Shown here piece after piece: positions 53,332-64,000 of a stretch of 64,000 nt of DNA. Both the position numbers and the translations under genes were made by a program. This DNA is from Camelus ferus (lineage: Eukaryota): assembly GCF_009834535.1 (NCBI RefSeq), contig NC_045696.1, positions 9,302,001 to 9,366,000 on the forward strand. The letters are read 5' to 3'. Under the pieces are notes generated by a model. The model was not told the origin of the DNA. It was given only the letters and a program-made list of their open reading frames with translations, and searched no databases. Positions within the stretch are counted from its first letter, which is position 1. Every line of letters begins with the position of its first letter.

Positions 53332-54077
53332 AAGACAGTCATTGCAACAAGGTTTCTGAAAGTGCCCTATTAATCGTTTATTAAATCTCTGCTGGCTTCT
53401 GTTATGCATTTGTATTTTCTGCCCAACAAAGGATATATTGTTCTTTCCTAAGATCCCTTGATTAAAAACCCAAGTATTGAGAAATCTCACTGTTCCCACT
53501 ATTCTAAAACCTCCCCCTGGCCCTTGACTCTCATCCACTCCAACTTCCCCCTCTACACCCCCTCCTGAAGATCTGGATCTGAAACCACATCTGTGTGATC
53601 TTGACATACACACATGTATCTGTACCAACCATAGCCCAGAAGGCCTCAGACAGAAAGGAAGGGAGGGGAACGCAGGGTAGTTAGGAGTTGCCTTTGTCCT
53701 GTTACTGCTTGATTCTACAAAAATGAGCTTCAGGTATTAACCATTAACCAGGTTCTGGGTTCTAGAGACAAACTTACTTTCTTAGTTGTTATACAGTGTG
53801 TGAGAAGACCAGGACCTGCCAGCCTCCTCAGAGCAAACTGGGAGGGCTTCCTGTGATCCTGGGGGGTAAGGACCGAATTTCTCAGGGTATCAAATCACTA
53901 CAGTGCTACCCAGCCCCAAACCACCAGGCAAATATCACAGGGCTTCTGTGGCTGATTTCCAGTGCTAAAGACCCCTGCATTGGTTTGTTAAAGTGGTGGT
54001 CCCACAAAGTAGCACTCCAAATCTTACCTGTGAGTGCCATCACATTTCAGAAACGTCTCCTCTTTGAAAAATGAACA

Positions 54078-54166
54078 GAGGTTGGGGAATAGCTCAGTGG
54101 TGGAGTGAGTGCTCAGCATGAACAAGGTCCTGGGTTCAACCCCCAGTACCATTAAAAAAAAAAAAA
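54078..54166 (+). mobile_element. tRNA-derived SINE (vic-1 type, older or shorter copy)
   Basis: ggggaatagctcagtggtggag...ctcagcatg...ggtcctgggttcaacccccagtacc followed by poly(A). Confidence 0.82.
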
Positions 54167-56539
54167 ATCCTCAAAAAAATGGAAATGGATCTTTAGATTT
54201 CTCAGAAATACCAAATAGAACCTCTCTAATAGGAAAGTAATATCATTGAAATTTCAAATACTTTGATTAGTGATCTAATCTGTTCTCCATTGCCAGACAG
54301 GGCCACCCTAAGATGTCTGTGAGAGATGAGATGCTTCCTTTGTCAAGATCTCCTGGGGTGGGGGGGAGTCACACCCCCTCCATTGCAGCTGCTTCCATTT
54401 CTAGTGATTGATCGTCTCTGGAAGTGATTACAGAGTGAGGGCAGATCCCTCCCGGGCTCATGGACAGCATTTCTGGGGTCTGGTCCTGAGGGCAAGGTCA
54501 GCACACGCTTCCCCCTGAAGACCACATTCTCAGGGAAGCCAGAGCCCTCAGACAACGTGCTTACTAATAAAGGTGGAAATCGTTTCATCTGCGAAGACGC
54601 ACTGTGGTTGAAACTGTATGTTCATTTCTTACCAGGGAAACTGCTTTTATCTCATTCAACATTGCTGAGTCAGACAGCTGCTGAGAACCAAATCAGCATG
54701 CCTTGATTGAGTTTCATCTTTCTTAAAAAGAATTATTTTGTTCCCAGAACATAAAAACAAGAGAATAAGAATAGTAAAATAACAACACTCTCACATTTTT
54801 AATGTGATTTAATTTTTTTTTTTAAATAGCAATGCTATGTTATTTAATGTCACTCACAAGGAGCTGATCTCCTGGGGCGCACAAACTAACTGACCCAACC
54901 CTGAGAGCTGCTGCCTTCAGGAGCTTCCCAGTGTGAGACCGTGGTGATGTATGTGGAGGTGGCGGCCTATGAAAGTTGGAAAGTCGTGTCCCAGGCTACC
55001 TGCAGATTGTGTATTGTAGAGAATTAGAGCATTTTACTACTAAAAGCACCTGGTGATTACACACCAAATTCCTCTCTAGGCAATGAGAAGCCTGAGGTCT
55101 GGACCAGGGTTCTGGGCCCTTGAGCTCTGGTCTGGTGGCCTTCCACTGGGCAAGGAGGCCTCGCTCAGCTTCTGTGTGCGCACAAGCCCAGAGTTTCATT
55201 TTTGCCTCCATTCCCCACGTCAGCATTTCTATTTGGACAGAGATCTCACTTTCCTGTGGCTTAAAGTCCACGGGCCCATGACTCCCAAGTGAGAGACAGC
55301 AAATCCATTTCCCCCACAACCCTCGCCACTTGAAAGACGGCCTGTCCTGGAGGAATAAACCTGGCGTATCCCTGAGACAGACAATCAGATCTCATCAGTG
55401 TGAAACCGGGAGCCAGACAATTAATCGAAAAACAAAAATAGTCTATTCTCATACCCACATTTCTGAATTTGAGTGGGAATTTGCTTGCTACATCTTAAGA
55501 AATTAAAAAAAAAATAATAAGTGCTTTGCTTTTATCCACAAAGGCCCACATTCTTTGGTCTGATATGCTAAAGAATTAGCTTAAATATAATCACACACCC
55601 CAAAATGTGGAAAGTAAGGGAAGTAAGCACCTGTGTGCACCCCCCGCTCGCAACAATGTTAATTAGCACTCAGGGTCTTATATCTCTTTTTAAAACTGGT
55701 CATTGTGGGAATTATAGGAGAATTAAAGGCACCTTAGACACAGAGTAAGTTCTCAGTGATGGTGGTTATTATTGATTTTTCTGTTGTGACTGTTGCTGTT
55801 GCCTGAGCTTTCAAGACTTAGAGATAGAAATTTGATATAAATAACAAAAGGTTCAACTAAACAATGTGCTATTTAAAAAAAAAAAAATAAAGACATGAAA
55901 CCATCCAGCGAGCATTGACAAATAACACAGAATGAAACTCAAAGAGGACAGAGAAGGATTCATGTCTTGTCGTTTTTCTAAACTGTGTAGCTTCTCTCAG
56001 ACTCTCTGTTTCTTTCTAAAGATAGCTTTTCCTACCACAGGAGAAATGGTGGCCTTCCCCCCCACCCCCTTATTTTTAGTCTTTACACCTGGCTTTTGAG
56101 TGACGGCAGAGAAGGCGAGGGGGTGGGAATCGGCCTGCCTTGTACGTGGGACACTTGGCCACCTGTGCGACGTGGAGCAGTCACAACAAAGCACTGCATT
56201 GACCAGCTGCAAAAGAATCCTTCCTTCTGCTCCACCCTATCTCCCCACCCTTTGGCAAAAGCCTCAGTAAATAGGTACGTTTGGTGCCAGGACTGAAGGT
56301 CAACAAACTCCTGCTTTGTCAGGGGAACCTGGGAACCAAGTCAGAGGACTTCACGGAAATGCCATACCTTTTTGCTCCCCGGGTGTTGGAGCCTCATGAT
56401 TAGAAATAAAAGTGTCTCAGGGCAGTTTGCCAAGAACAGAGGCAGCAAACACTTGCTGCTAGGGTACGGTAACACCATCTCTGCTGACCTCAACCCATGG
56501 GCTCCTTCAGAATGGCCATCACAGACCCCCAAACTCACC

Positions 56540-57186
56540 TGTGACAGGAGGATCTGAGGATGGCCCCTCAGATCCCTAGACGCTGGTGTACACACCCTAG
56601 ATAACCCCCCAACCTTGAGGGGGGACAGGACCTCAGATATGATGGAATACCATCCCTGTGACTGAGTTACATTATATGGCAAAGATGATGGCATTTTGCA
56701 TTTGTCACTAGAGTCCTTGGTCAATGGACTTTAATTAGGGACGTTATCCTGTCCACATGGGCCTGACTTCATCACTTGACTTTAATCCCAAAGGAGAGTA
56801 TCCTGGGTGGGCCTGCCCTAATCAGATGAGTCCCTTAAAAGAGGGACTGGGATGGAAGTCAGAGATTTAAAGCAGCAGGAACATTCTTCTGTTGGCCTTG
56901 AAGAAGCAAACCTTAAAGAGAGAGCCACGTGGCAGAGGGCCTCAGTCTTATAACCGCAAGGAACTGAATTCTGACAACAATCAATCAGCTTAGAAGTGAA
57001 CCCTGAGCCTCAGAGGAGAATCACAGCCTCGCTGACATCTTGAGTTCAGCCTGTGAGACCCTGAGCAAAGAACCCAGCTGTGCCGTGCCTGGACTCCTGA
57101 CCCACGGAAACAGTGAGATGATAAATGAGTTGAGTTAAGCCCCTAAGATCATGGTCATATGTTAAGCAGCAGAGAAAACTGATACA
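56540..57186 (+). mobile_element. MLT1E-type MaLR LTR
   Basis: gatggcccc...gttacattatatggcaaa...tatcctgggtgggcctg...gcaaggaactgaattctg...cagcctgtgagaccctgagca...aaaactgataca. Confidence 0.82.
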
Positions 57187-57365
57187 GTTGGCCCTCTGGA
57201 TCTGGAGGTTCAATTCCTGGTTGGCTGAGTCCACAGATGTTGAACCCTTGGACATGGAAGGCTGACTCTGTGAGGCCATTTTTACAGAAGGGACTAGAGC
57301 ATCCGGGGTTTTGGTATCTGCAGGGGTCCTGGAACCAACCCCTCCATGGGTATCAAGGACGACTC
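57185..57365 (+). mobile_element. MER2-like TcMar-Tigger MITE
   Basis: cagttggccctctggatc...agggactagagcatcc...ttttggtatctgcaggggtcctggaaccaacccc...gacgact. Confidence 0.75.
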
Positions 57366-58791
57366 TCCATCATCCTGGAACCTGCAGAGAGAAAATGGGC
57401 CCAAGTTTTCATTTCTCCTTATCCATGTGTCCTGTTCCCGCTTTTCCCTGTCAAGGTGAACATTCAAAGTCCGGGCTTGTTTGACACATGGGCAAAGCAG
57501 ACTACCGCATGGAGGGGGCGGTGGTGCCGGGAAAGGCTCCCACGACCTCTGCACCTGGCTGCTTGGGTTGGTAGAGGTCTGTTGACCATGCAGAATGTGT
57601 TCTGAGAAAAGGTCCCATTGTGGGGGACTCATCCTTCCTTTGTATTACAGGATCGGATGATTAGCTATGGCTAATTTAGTCAGACTGCATCGATATCCTA
57701 AATTTGGAGAGTGGCTCCACCAGAATACAAAACATCCACAAAAATCCTTAAAGCAGGTAGCTAGACGGGTCTGAACTCAAAACCCGGACTTGGGCTGTGG
57801 GGAACATGATGCTGATCTGGCCTGGGGGGTCTGTTCCCAAGCATTATTACTGGTACTTAACTGCCTCATTGGCTCAGGGTTTACAGTTTAATAGTTGGAA
57901 AGGACATGGAAGATTATATCATCCAATCCCTGAGTTTGGCAGATGAGGAATGGAGGCCCTGGGAAGTTAGCTGAGCTTCCCAAAGACCGCCCCCCTCCCA
58001 TCCAGAAGCAACAGGGGCAGGACCAAAACTCAGGGCTTTCAGCTGTTTCCTGTCTTGTCACCTGTCCTCTAGCGCAAATGACCACAGGTGGTGCCTATCG
58101 GTTAAATGGTCAACTCTCTCAAATAGACCTGGGCGCAGTCTGCACCTGGCGGTCCCTGCTCAGCTGGAAGCATGACACCGACTCTCCTGCCAGCCAGCTC
58201 GCCTCTCTTGAGCTGTGCGGTCAGCTCTAGAGCGGCTTATTGCTAAGCAATGACAAGGTGACTCAGCCATTCCGAGACCCGAACCTCACCACGTAGGTAA
58301 GTTTCCTGTGGTGGCAGTCACAAAGCACCACAAAGGGGGTGGCTTGAACAACAGACAGAAATGTATTCTCACTGTTCTGGGGGCCAGGGGGACACCACAT
58401 GTGTCTGGTCTTCCGACACCCTGAAATGTGGCCACATATTAAACCCAAAATCAAACGTGTGAAGGGAAACTGGCCATATTGAAGAATTCAGAATTAAACC
58501 ACTGTGTGGAAAGGGAAGTCATTTTACACTGTGAACAAACACCCTCTGACTTAGCCCTTTTATGTCCCAGGAGTTTGTGACTCTCATGTTCTTAGGATGG
58601 TGCACACTTTGGTTCTCTTAGCTGTAATATAAAAGAAAGATTGGAGTTTTTCTTATTAAAAAAAAAAAAAACGATTCTTTAAAAGTTTTTCCAAAGCTTA
58701 ATTATGAGCCATGGAAGTGGGGACTGAGGCGCAGTATGTTTCTGGTCAGTGATTAAAGCAGGGATGAAAGGGAGACCGGACCTCACCCTGC

Positions 58792-58794
<3 letters not shown>

Positions 58795-58825
<31 letters not shown>

Positions 58826-58995
58826 CACACATATGTAGGTACACGGGTGCATGAGTGTATTGCATATGTGTGTGTCTTTGTGGATGTGAATGGGTGTGTA
58901 CCTGTGTGAAAGAGTGCTTGTGACTGTGTTGTGTATGTGTGAATGTGTGTGATGTGTGCATGTGTGTAGTGTGTGCATTTGTGTCTGTCTGTCTG
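58795..58995. repeat. (TG)n microsatellite and degenerate TG-rich tract
   Basis: Read directly from the sequence. Confidence 0.88.
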
Positions 58996-61900
58996 GAGGG
59001 GGAGGGCTTGGGCAAACATCCAATTCCTGAGGCTGGTCTCCGAGATCACAGATGATCTATGGAGACATCTGGTCTCTGAAAGTCCTTTCCTGGGCTGAAT
59101 TCTACCATTCCACCCCTGTTTGCTGGACCATGTCCAGAAAGTATAACTTCATGACACTCATACATTCTTTTTCAGCCTACATTTGGAGATTCTATGTTTA
59201 GGAGTAAAGCTATTTTTCCCTAATTGTCTGGCCCCTTGGGCAACCAGAAGTCGGAATGGAATTCCCTCACTCGGAGAACTTTCCCACAATCAGCCTCAAA
59301 GGAGGGCTTCTTATGGCTTGTCTGTATTTGCTTTCTGTGCGGTATGTTTGGAAGAACAAATGCATTCTGTTTCAAAAACCACACTGTAATAAAGACTGAA
59401 AGCCAGCTTAACAGCTCTGGAATATTTCTCACCTTCTCACATATAAGTAACTTTTTAGGGGCCAGTGAAGGGGGTGCAGGGTGGTGGGGGTGCTCTGGGA
59501 GGGGAAGGCTGCCAGGAACCAGCCCACTTTCCTACAACTACATTTAAAAATGGGACGGTCTGCAGGGCCCCTATTTCAGCCCCCTGAACAAGGTCAGGGC
59601 ACATGTGTTCTTTCAGACCTCTTTAAGTTTCCATTAAAATGGCTTTGTGGTTCACAATTCAAATACAGATAATCTCTAATTCAAATACTGATCATATCCG
59701 CCTCAAAGTTGCTCTCACTGTTTTAAAGGAAGCCCATTTCCATACATTTTATTTCTTTAAATCTCAGTGGGGAATGCAAAGTAAAAAAAAAAAAAAAAGA
59801 AGAAGAAGAAAAATTAAAGATATTGGTTGCACGTAACCATTTTTATAATTTGTTTATTTTGTTAAGGCACACGGAGTTTACATAGATCACTTTAACATCT
59901 AAAACTACGAAGTTCGAGCTAATACCATCGGGTAGCCAATTCATTTACCAAGTTTAAATGTGACATCAGAAAACTCATCTAGAAAACCTGACTCCTAAAT
60001 AGATGTGAACCATGAGTAATAGTGACATATGCTACCTCCAAAAATACATGCTAATAAAGCACACAGCCGGCTGGGGTCAGCCGCCCCCAGGTGAGAGCGT
60101 GGCATCCTGTAAGAGGGGAGAGAAAGTGGCCTTTGTACCAAGGAGTTTGTTTCTCTTACACTTTTCACTCAATCCCAGAACAGTAACTGTTAACGCATTT
60201 TACTCTCTTCCAAACGCATCTCCCAAGGAACAGATGTATACTTTTTCTTTTTTCTAACAAGCATGTAACGTTGACCATATGCTGCAGCCAACTGGACAGG
60301 AGGGTTTTCCGGAAGGTGTGCACATGTCAAAGGGACACAGCCTGGTAGATGATGCTCAAACCTGCGGGTCCTGATGAAGATGGAAACATCCTCCCGTTCC
60401 GCCCTCTGTGCCTTGAGTTGGAGGCCAGCTCCAGCCCACACACAGAGGCTGCTGAGATGCTGACTCCAGGGATGGTGGAGAGGAAGCCACAGACGCACCA
60501 GAACACTCTTTTGAGTCAATAGTTTCCACTTCCTCCCCAACTTGACTTTTTACCAGAACTGCCCAAGAGTAGTCACCATGAATTTAATCTCCCTGGATTT
60601 TCCTGGCTTGACCTTGAAGTGACATGATAGAGGAGCAGCAGGAACTGGGTGAGCCCCACACGACATCATGGCCGAAGGTGTGCAGTGCTGGGTCTTAGAG
60701 AGCGTGGCCGTCAGGAAGGAATCGAAGTGTGCCTGATTCACATTTCAACACAGGGCAGGGAGACCCTCCAACATTCGACTGATGTTAAGAGTCCTCCTGA
60801 GGCATGGTCTCCGTGAGGGGTGGGGGAGCAGGAGAAGATCGCACAAAAGGAAGCCGGAAGGAGAGACATAGATGGACACTCTCCTCTGTGCCTTCCCTGG
60901 CACCAGGGGTGGTGGCATCGTGAAGACAGAACAAGGCGGTGGGTGGGCAAAACCTCCACGGCTTCTGGTCCCTGCTGGTCCCTGCCTGTCCCTGTGGGTC
61001 TGTGGACTCTACAGTTCTCCACCCCTGTGAAATCTGACCACAAGTGTCCTCTCCAGCTCTGTGATCACACTTTGTAGTCATTACCAAAGGGTCCCCTCAC
61101 CAGTCCTTTAAAATAAAGTAATACAATACCCCAGAGGTGTGAAATTGTGTGTGGTGTGATTGTGTGTGTGAGGCCAAGAGTCTGAAGATTTGGACGATGT
61201 TCATCATAAGTTGTCAGCAGTCATCTAAGTGTAGTGAGATTGTTAAGTGAGTGCTTTCTTTCTTTTTCATACCCTCTGACATGGTTTTAAAGAATTAAAA
61301 TGAGTGTGTATCATTTTGTAATTACAAAAACAGTTATTTTCATTCTGCAACAAATCCAACTACTATTTAGAGCAGAAAAATAGGCTATACTTGATTATGA
61401 AAACTGTCAGAGAGACATGTTTTAAAAATAAAGGAGAAACGGAACCTAAGCCTTATTTGCTTTGAAACTTAACCTGCAAAACACCTGCCCTAAATATCAC
61501 AGATTACAAGCTCAGTGAGTGTCAAAGACATAAACGAACATAAACTGGATGACTGGTGTGTATAACAGCAGATACAGGTATCATTCAGATACACAGGTGG
61601 GTTGACAATTCTAAGGCTATGTGTCACTTGGTGTTGAGGGGATCGTGCTATGACATAGGTGTTGTTAAAATATGGGCATTATTTTGCATAGGATGGTTAT
61701 TGGAAGGGAAACACAAAGGACAAGCTCTTTTCATGGTCGAGCTCACACAACTGAGGAATAAGACAGAAAACACCCCGGCTTCACTTCATCCTTTTTGCAA
61801 CATCTGAATATGCATGTTCAATTTCCTGGTCGGCTGGACACGTGTTTGTGAACTCATCCCTGGCATATGCATTGTTCAAGTACCTCCAGATGCCAGTCAT

Positions 61901-62611
61901 TTCAGAAGGAAATTCAAAATCTCTGTATCTCTTGGCCACGATCTGAAAATGAAGAGGAAATAGTCAGAAAGGGAAAACCCACTAACGTAGGCAATTAGAT
62001 CAGACAATCCATTCTTTTGAGGCGTGTGTTGTGTTCTATTTCTCAAGTTTCCATGTCCTCCGACAGCCATCCAGCTGCCCCGAATTGCACTTTGAGTTGG
62101 CGTGAGGCGTACTGAGCAAGGGACTCGAAAGAGTGGCTCTGCGCAGTCGTGCCCACTGATCTATCACAGACGACCCTCAGGAGCCACTGGCATGAAACTG
62201 CCCTGAACGCCGGCAGATTTCTCTTTGGGTTTCCGGTGGTCTTCCCTCCTGTGTTCTGCTGCCGTGCTATCTGGTGCCTAAACATTCATGACGGATCTTC
62301 GGTTTCAACTGTGCCAGGATCACTGCGAAGTGCCTTCTCCTTTTCCTTTTTGCTGAGCCTCACCTCCTGGAATCCCAAATATCTGCGGATGTTATTCCTG
62401 CAGATTTCCACCATTGTGTCCCGGAGAGGATCATTTTATTGTGGGTCTACCGTGTGTGTGCAGAGGACAGATTCAGGGAAAACAAAAAATATCCTTATCC
62501 TCATGGAAACAGTGGACAGGGCAGCTGAGAGTGAACACCATGAAAACACAACGTTGTGAGATGATCCCTTGGGGAATCTGTCACAAAGGAGGGCGTATAC
62601 TGTTGGAGATG

Positions 62612-63033
62612 GTGTCAGTTTCCTGGGGTTGCCTTGACAAAGTACTGCAATCTTGGGTGCCTTAGAACAACAGAAATTTATTCTCTCACAGTCCCAGAGG
62701 CCAAAAGTCCAAGATGAAGGTGTCAGCAGGGCAGTGCTCCCTCAGAGGGCTCTGGGGAAGCAGCTGTTCTGGTCTCTCCTGGCTTCTGGCTTGTGGGAGC
62801 ACAACTCCAGTCCTCACCTGGCATCTTCCCTGGGTTGGTGTCTCTGTGTCCAAAAATTTCCCTTTTATAAGGACACCAGTCATGCTACGCTAGGGGACCC
62901 AGCCTACTCCAACATGACCTCATCTTAGCTAATTACATCTGCAAAGACCCTATTTCCAAACAAGATCACGTTCTGAGATGCCAACGGTCAGGACTTCAAT
63001 ATACGAATTTGGGGGGACATGATTCGTCCCACA
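62612..63033 (-). mobile_element. MLT1B/C-type MaLR LTR
   Basis: acaacagaaatttattctctcacagt...aagtccaagatgaaggtgtcagcagggc...tgacctcatcttagctaattacatctgcaaagaccctatttccaaa. Confidence 0.85.
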
Positions 63034-63293
63034 TCTGGGACCCAGGGCTACAAAGGCCAGTTCTGCTTTGTTACCTCCCATCACATCAGTTCCTGGGGTT
63101 CTGAATGATATGAACATGGGATTTATCACCAAACAGAAGATCTTTGTGACTGATTTCTCTGATTTTTGGAGGCCAGAAGCCATTGATGTAGCCAAACAGG
63201 ACCATAAACCTTCCAGAAAGCTTCCTAAATTGTTTAACATCTTTTGCTTGAATTCAATCTTACTAATATTAATGTTAAGAAGTCTGCTTTTCT

Positions 63294-63674
63294 ACAAATA
63301 TTGTCTATCACTTCTATGTGGAATCTAAAAAATAATATAAATGAATCTATGTACAAAACAGAAACAGACTCACAGGCATAGAAAACAAACTTATGGTTAC
63401 CAGAGGGGAAAAAGAGGAAGGGATAAATTAGGAGTATGGGATTAACTGATACAGACTACTATACATAAAATAGATAAACAACAAGGATTTACTATGTAGC
63501 ACAGGGAACTATATTCAGTATCTTGTAATAACCTATAACGAAAAATAATCTAAATAAAAATAGCACATATATAACTGGATCACTTTACTGGACACCTAAA
63601 ACTAGCACAACATTGAAAATCAACTATGCTTCAATTTAAACAGGGGAAAAAAAATAAAATGAAACAATAAAGTA
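63294..63674 (+). mobile_element. L1 3' end with TSD, inserted into an older minus-strand L1M fragment
   Basis: gtggaatctaaaaa...acagaaacagactcacag...gcacagggaactatattca... plus A tail. TSD aagaagtctgcttttct (63277-63293) versus aagaattctgctttcct (63675-63691). Confidence 0.88.
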
Positions 63675-63934
63675 AAGAATTCTGCTTTCCTCTTGTTTGC
63701 ATTTGCCTGGTTTAACTTTGCCCATCTTTTAATTTTAACATTTCTGAGTAAATTTGTTACATATATGCCTCTCAAAGATGTAAATTTGTTTTTGTGTCAC
63801 ATTTTATGAATGTAGTACTTTGCTTTCCAACTTTCTGTGAATTATTTTTGAATTTGTGTGTGTTTCCCTTTCTGGTAGTTTAGAAGGTTCATGGTCCTTT
63901 TTAACTCTTCCCACGGTTTCCTATGTAACTTTTA

Positions 63935-64000
63935 AATTTTTTCTTCCTTTTTTTTTTTTTGGAGGGGGGTGGGTAATTAGGTTTATTTATTTATTTAAAT
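63935..64000 (-). mobile_element. 3' tail of a vic-1-type SINE cut by the window edge
   Basis: T-run plus ggagggggtgggtaattaggtttatttatttattt, the same tail as at 26071-26105. Confidence 0.75.

Noticed and set aside
59100..64000. Possible CLIC6 3' exons, expected by synteny
   Set aside because: No CLIC-like translation seen; the gene probably lies beyond the window.

Overview
Mammalian DNA, most likely camelid (three copies of a tRNA-Ala-derived vic-1-type SINE). The window holds the end of the last intron of RUNX1, its terminal coding exon (1917-2392, + strand, ending in VWRPY) inside a CpG island, and a ~4.5 kb 3' UTR with several poly(A) signals and miRNA seed matches. The remaining ~57 kb is gene-free downstream DNA, largely interspersed repeats (L1, MIR/L2, MaLR/ERV solo LTRs, hAT and Tigger MITEs, microsatellites). 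I found no other credible protein-coding gene, no RNA gene, and no evidence of a new multi-gene system. The best leads are cis-regulatory: (1) an ERV1-type solo LTR with a tandem CCAAT/GATA array, octamer and TATA; (2) promoter-type motifs just after the RUNX1 stop codon; (3) a near-consensus CTCF site in an intronic MER20; (4) a 38-bp E-box minisatellite. One L1 insertion is also 3'-truncated yet has perfect target-site duplications (TSDs). Repeat family names come from recalled consensus sequences, and edges are approximate unless a TSD is given.
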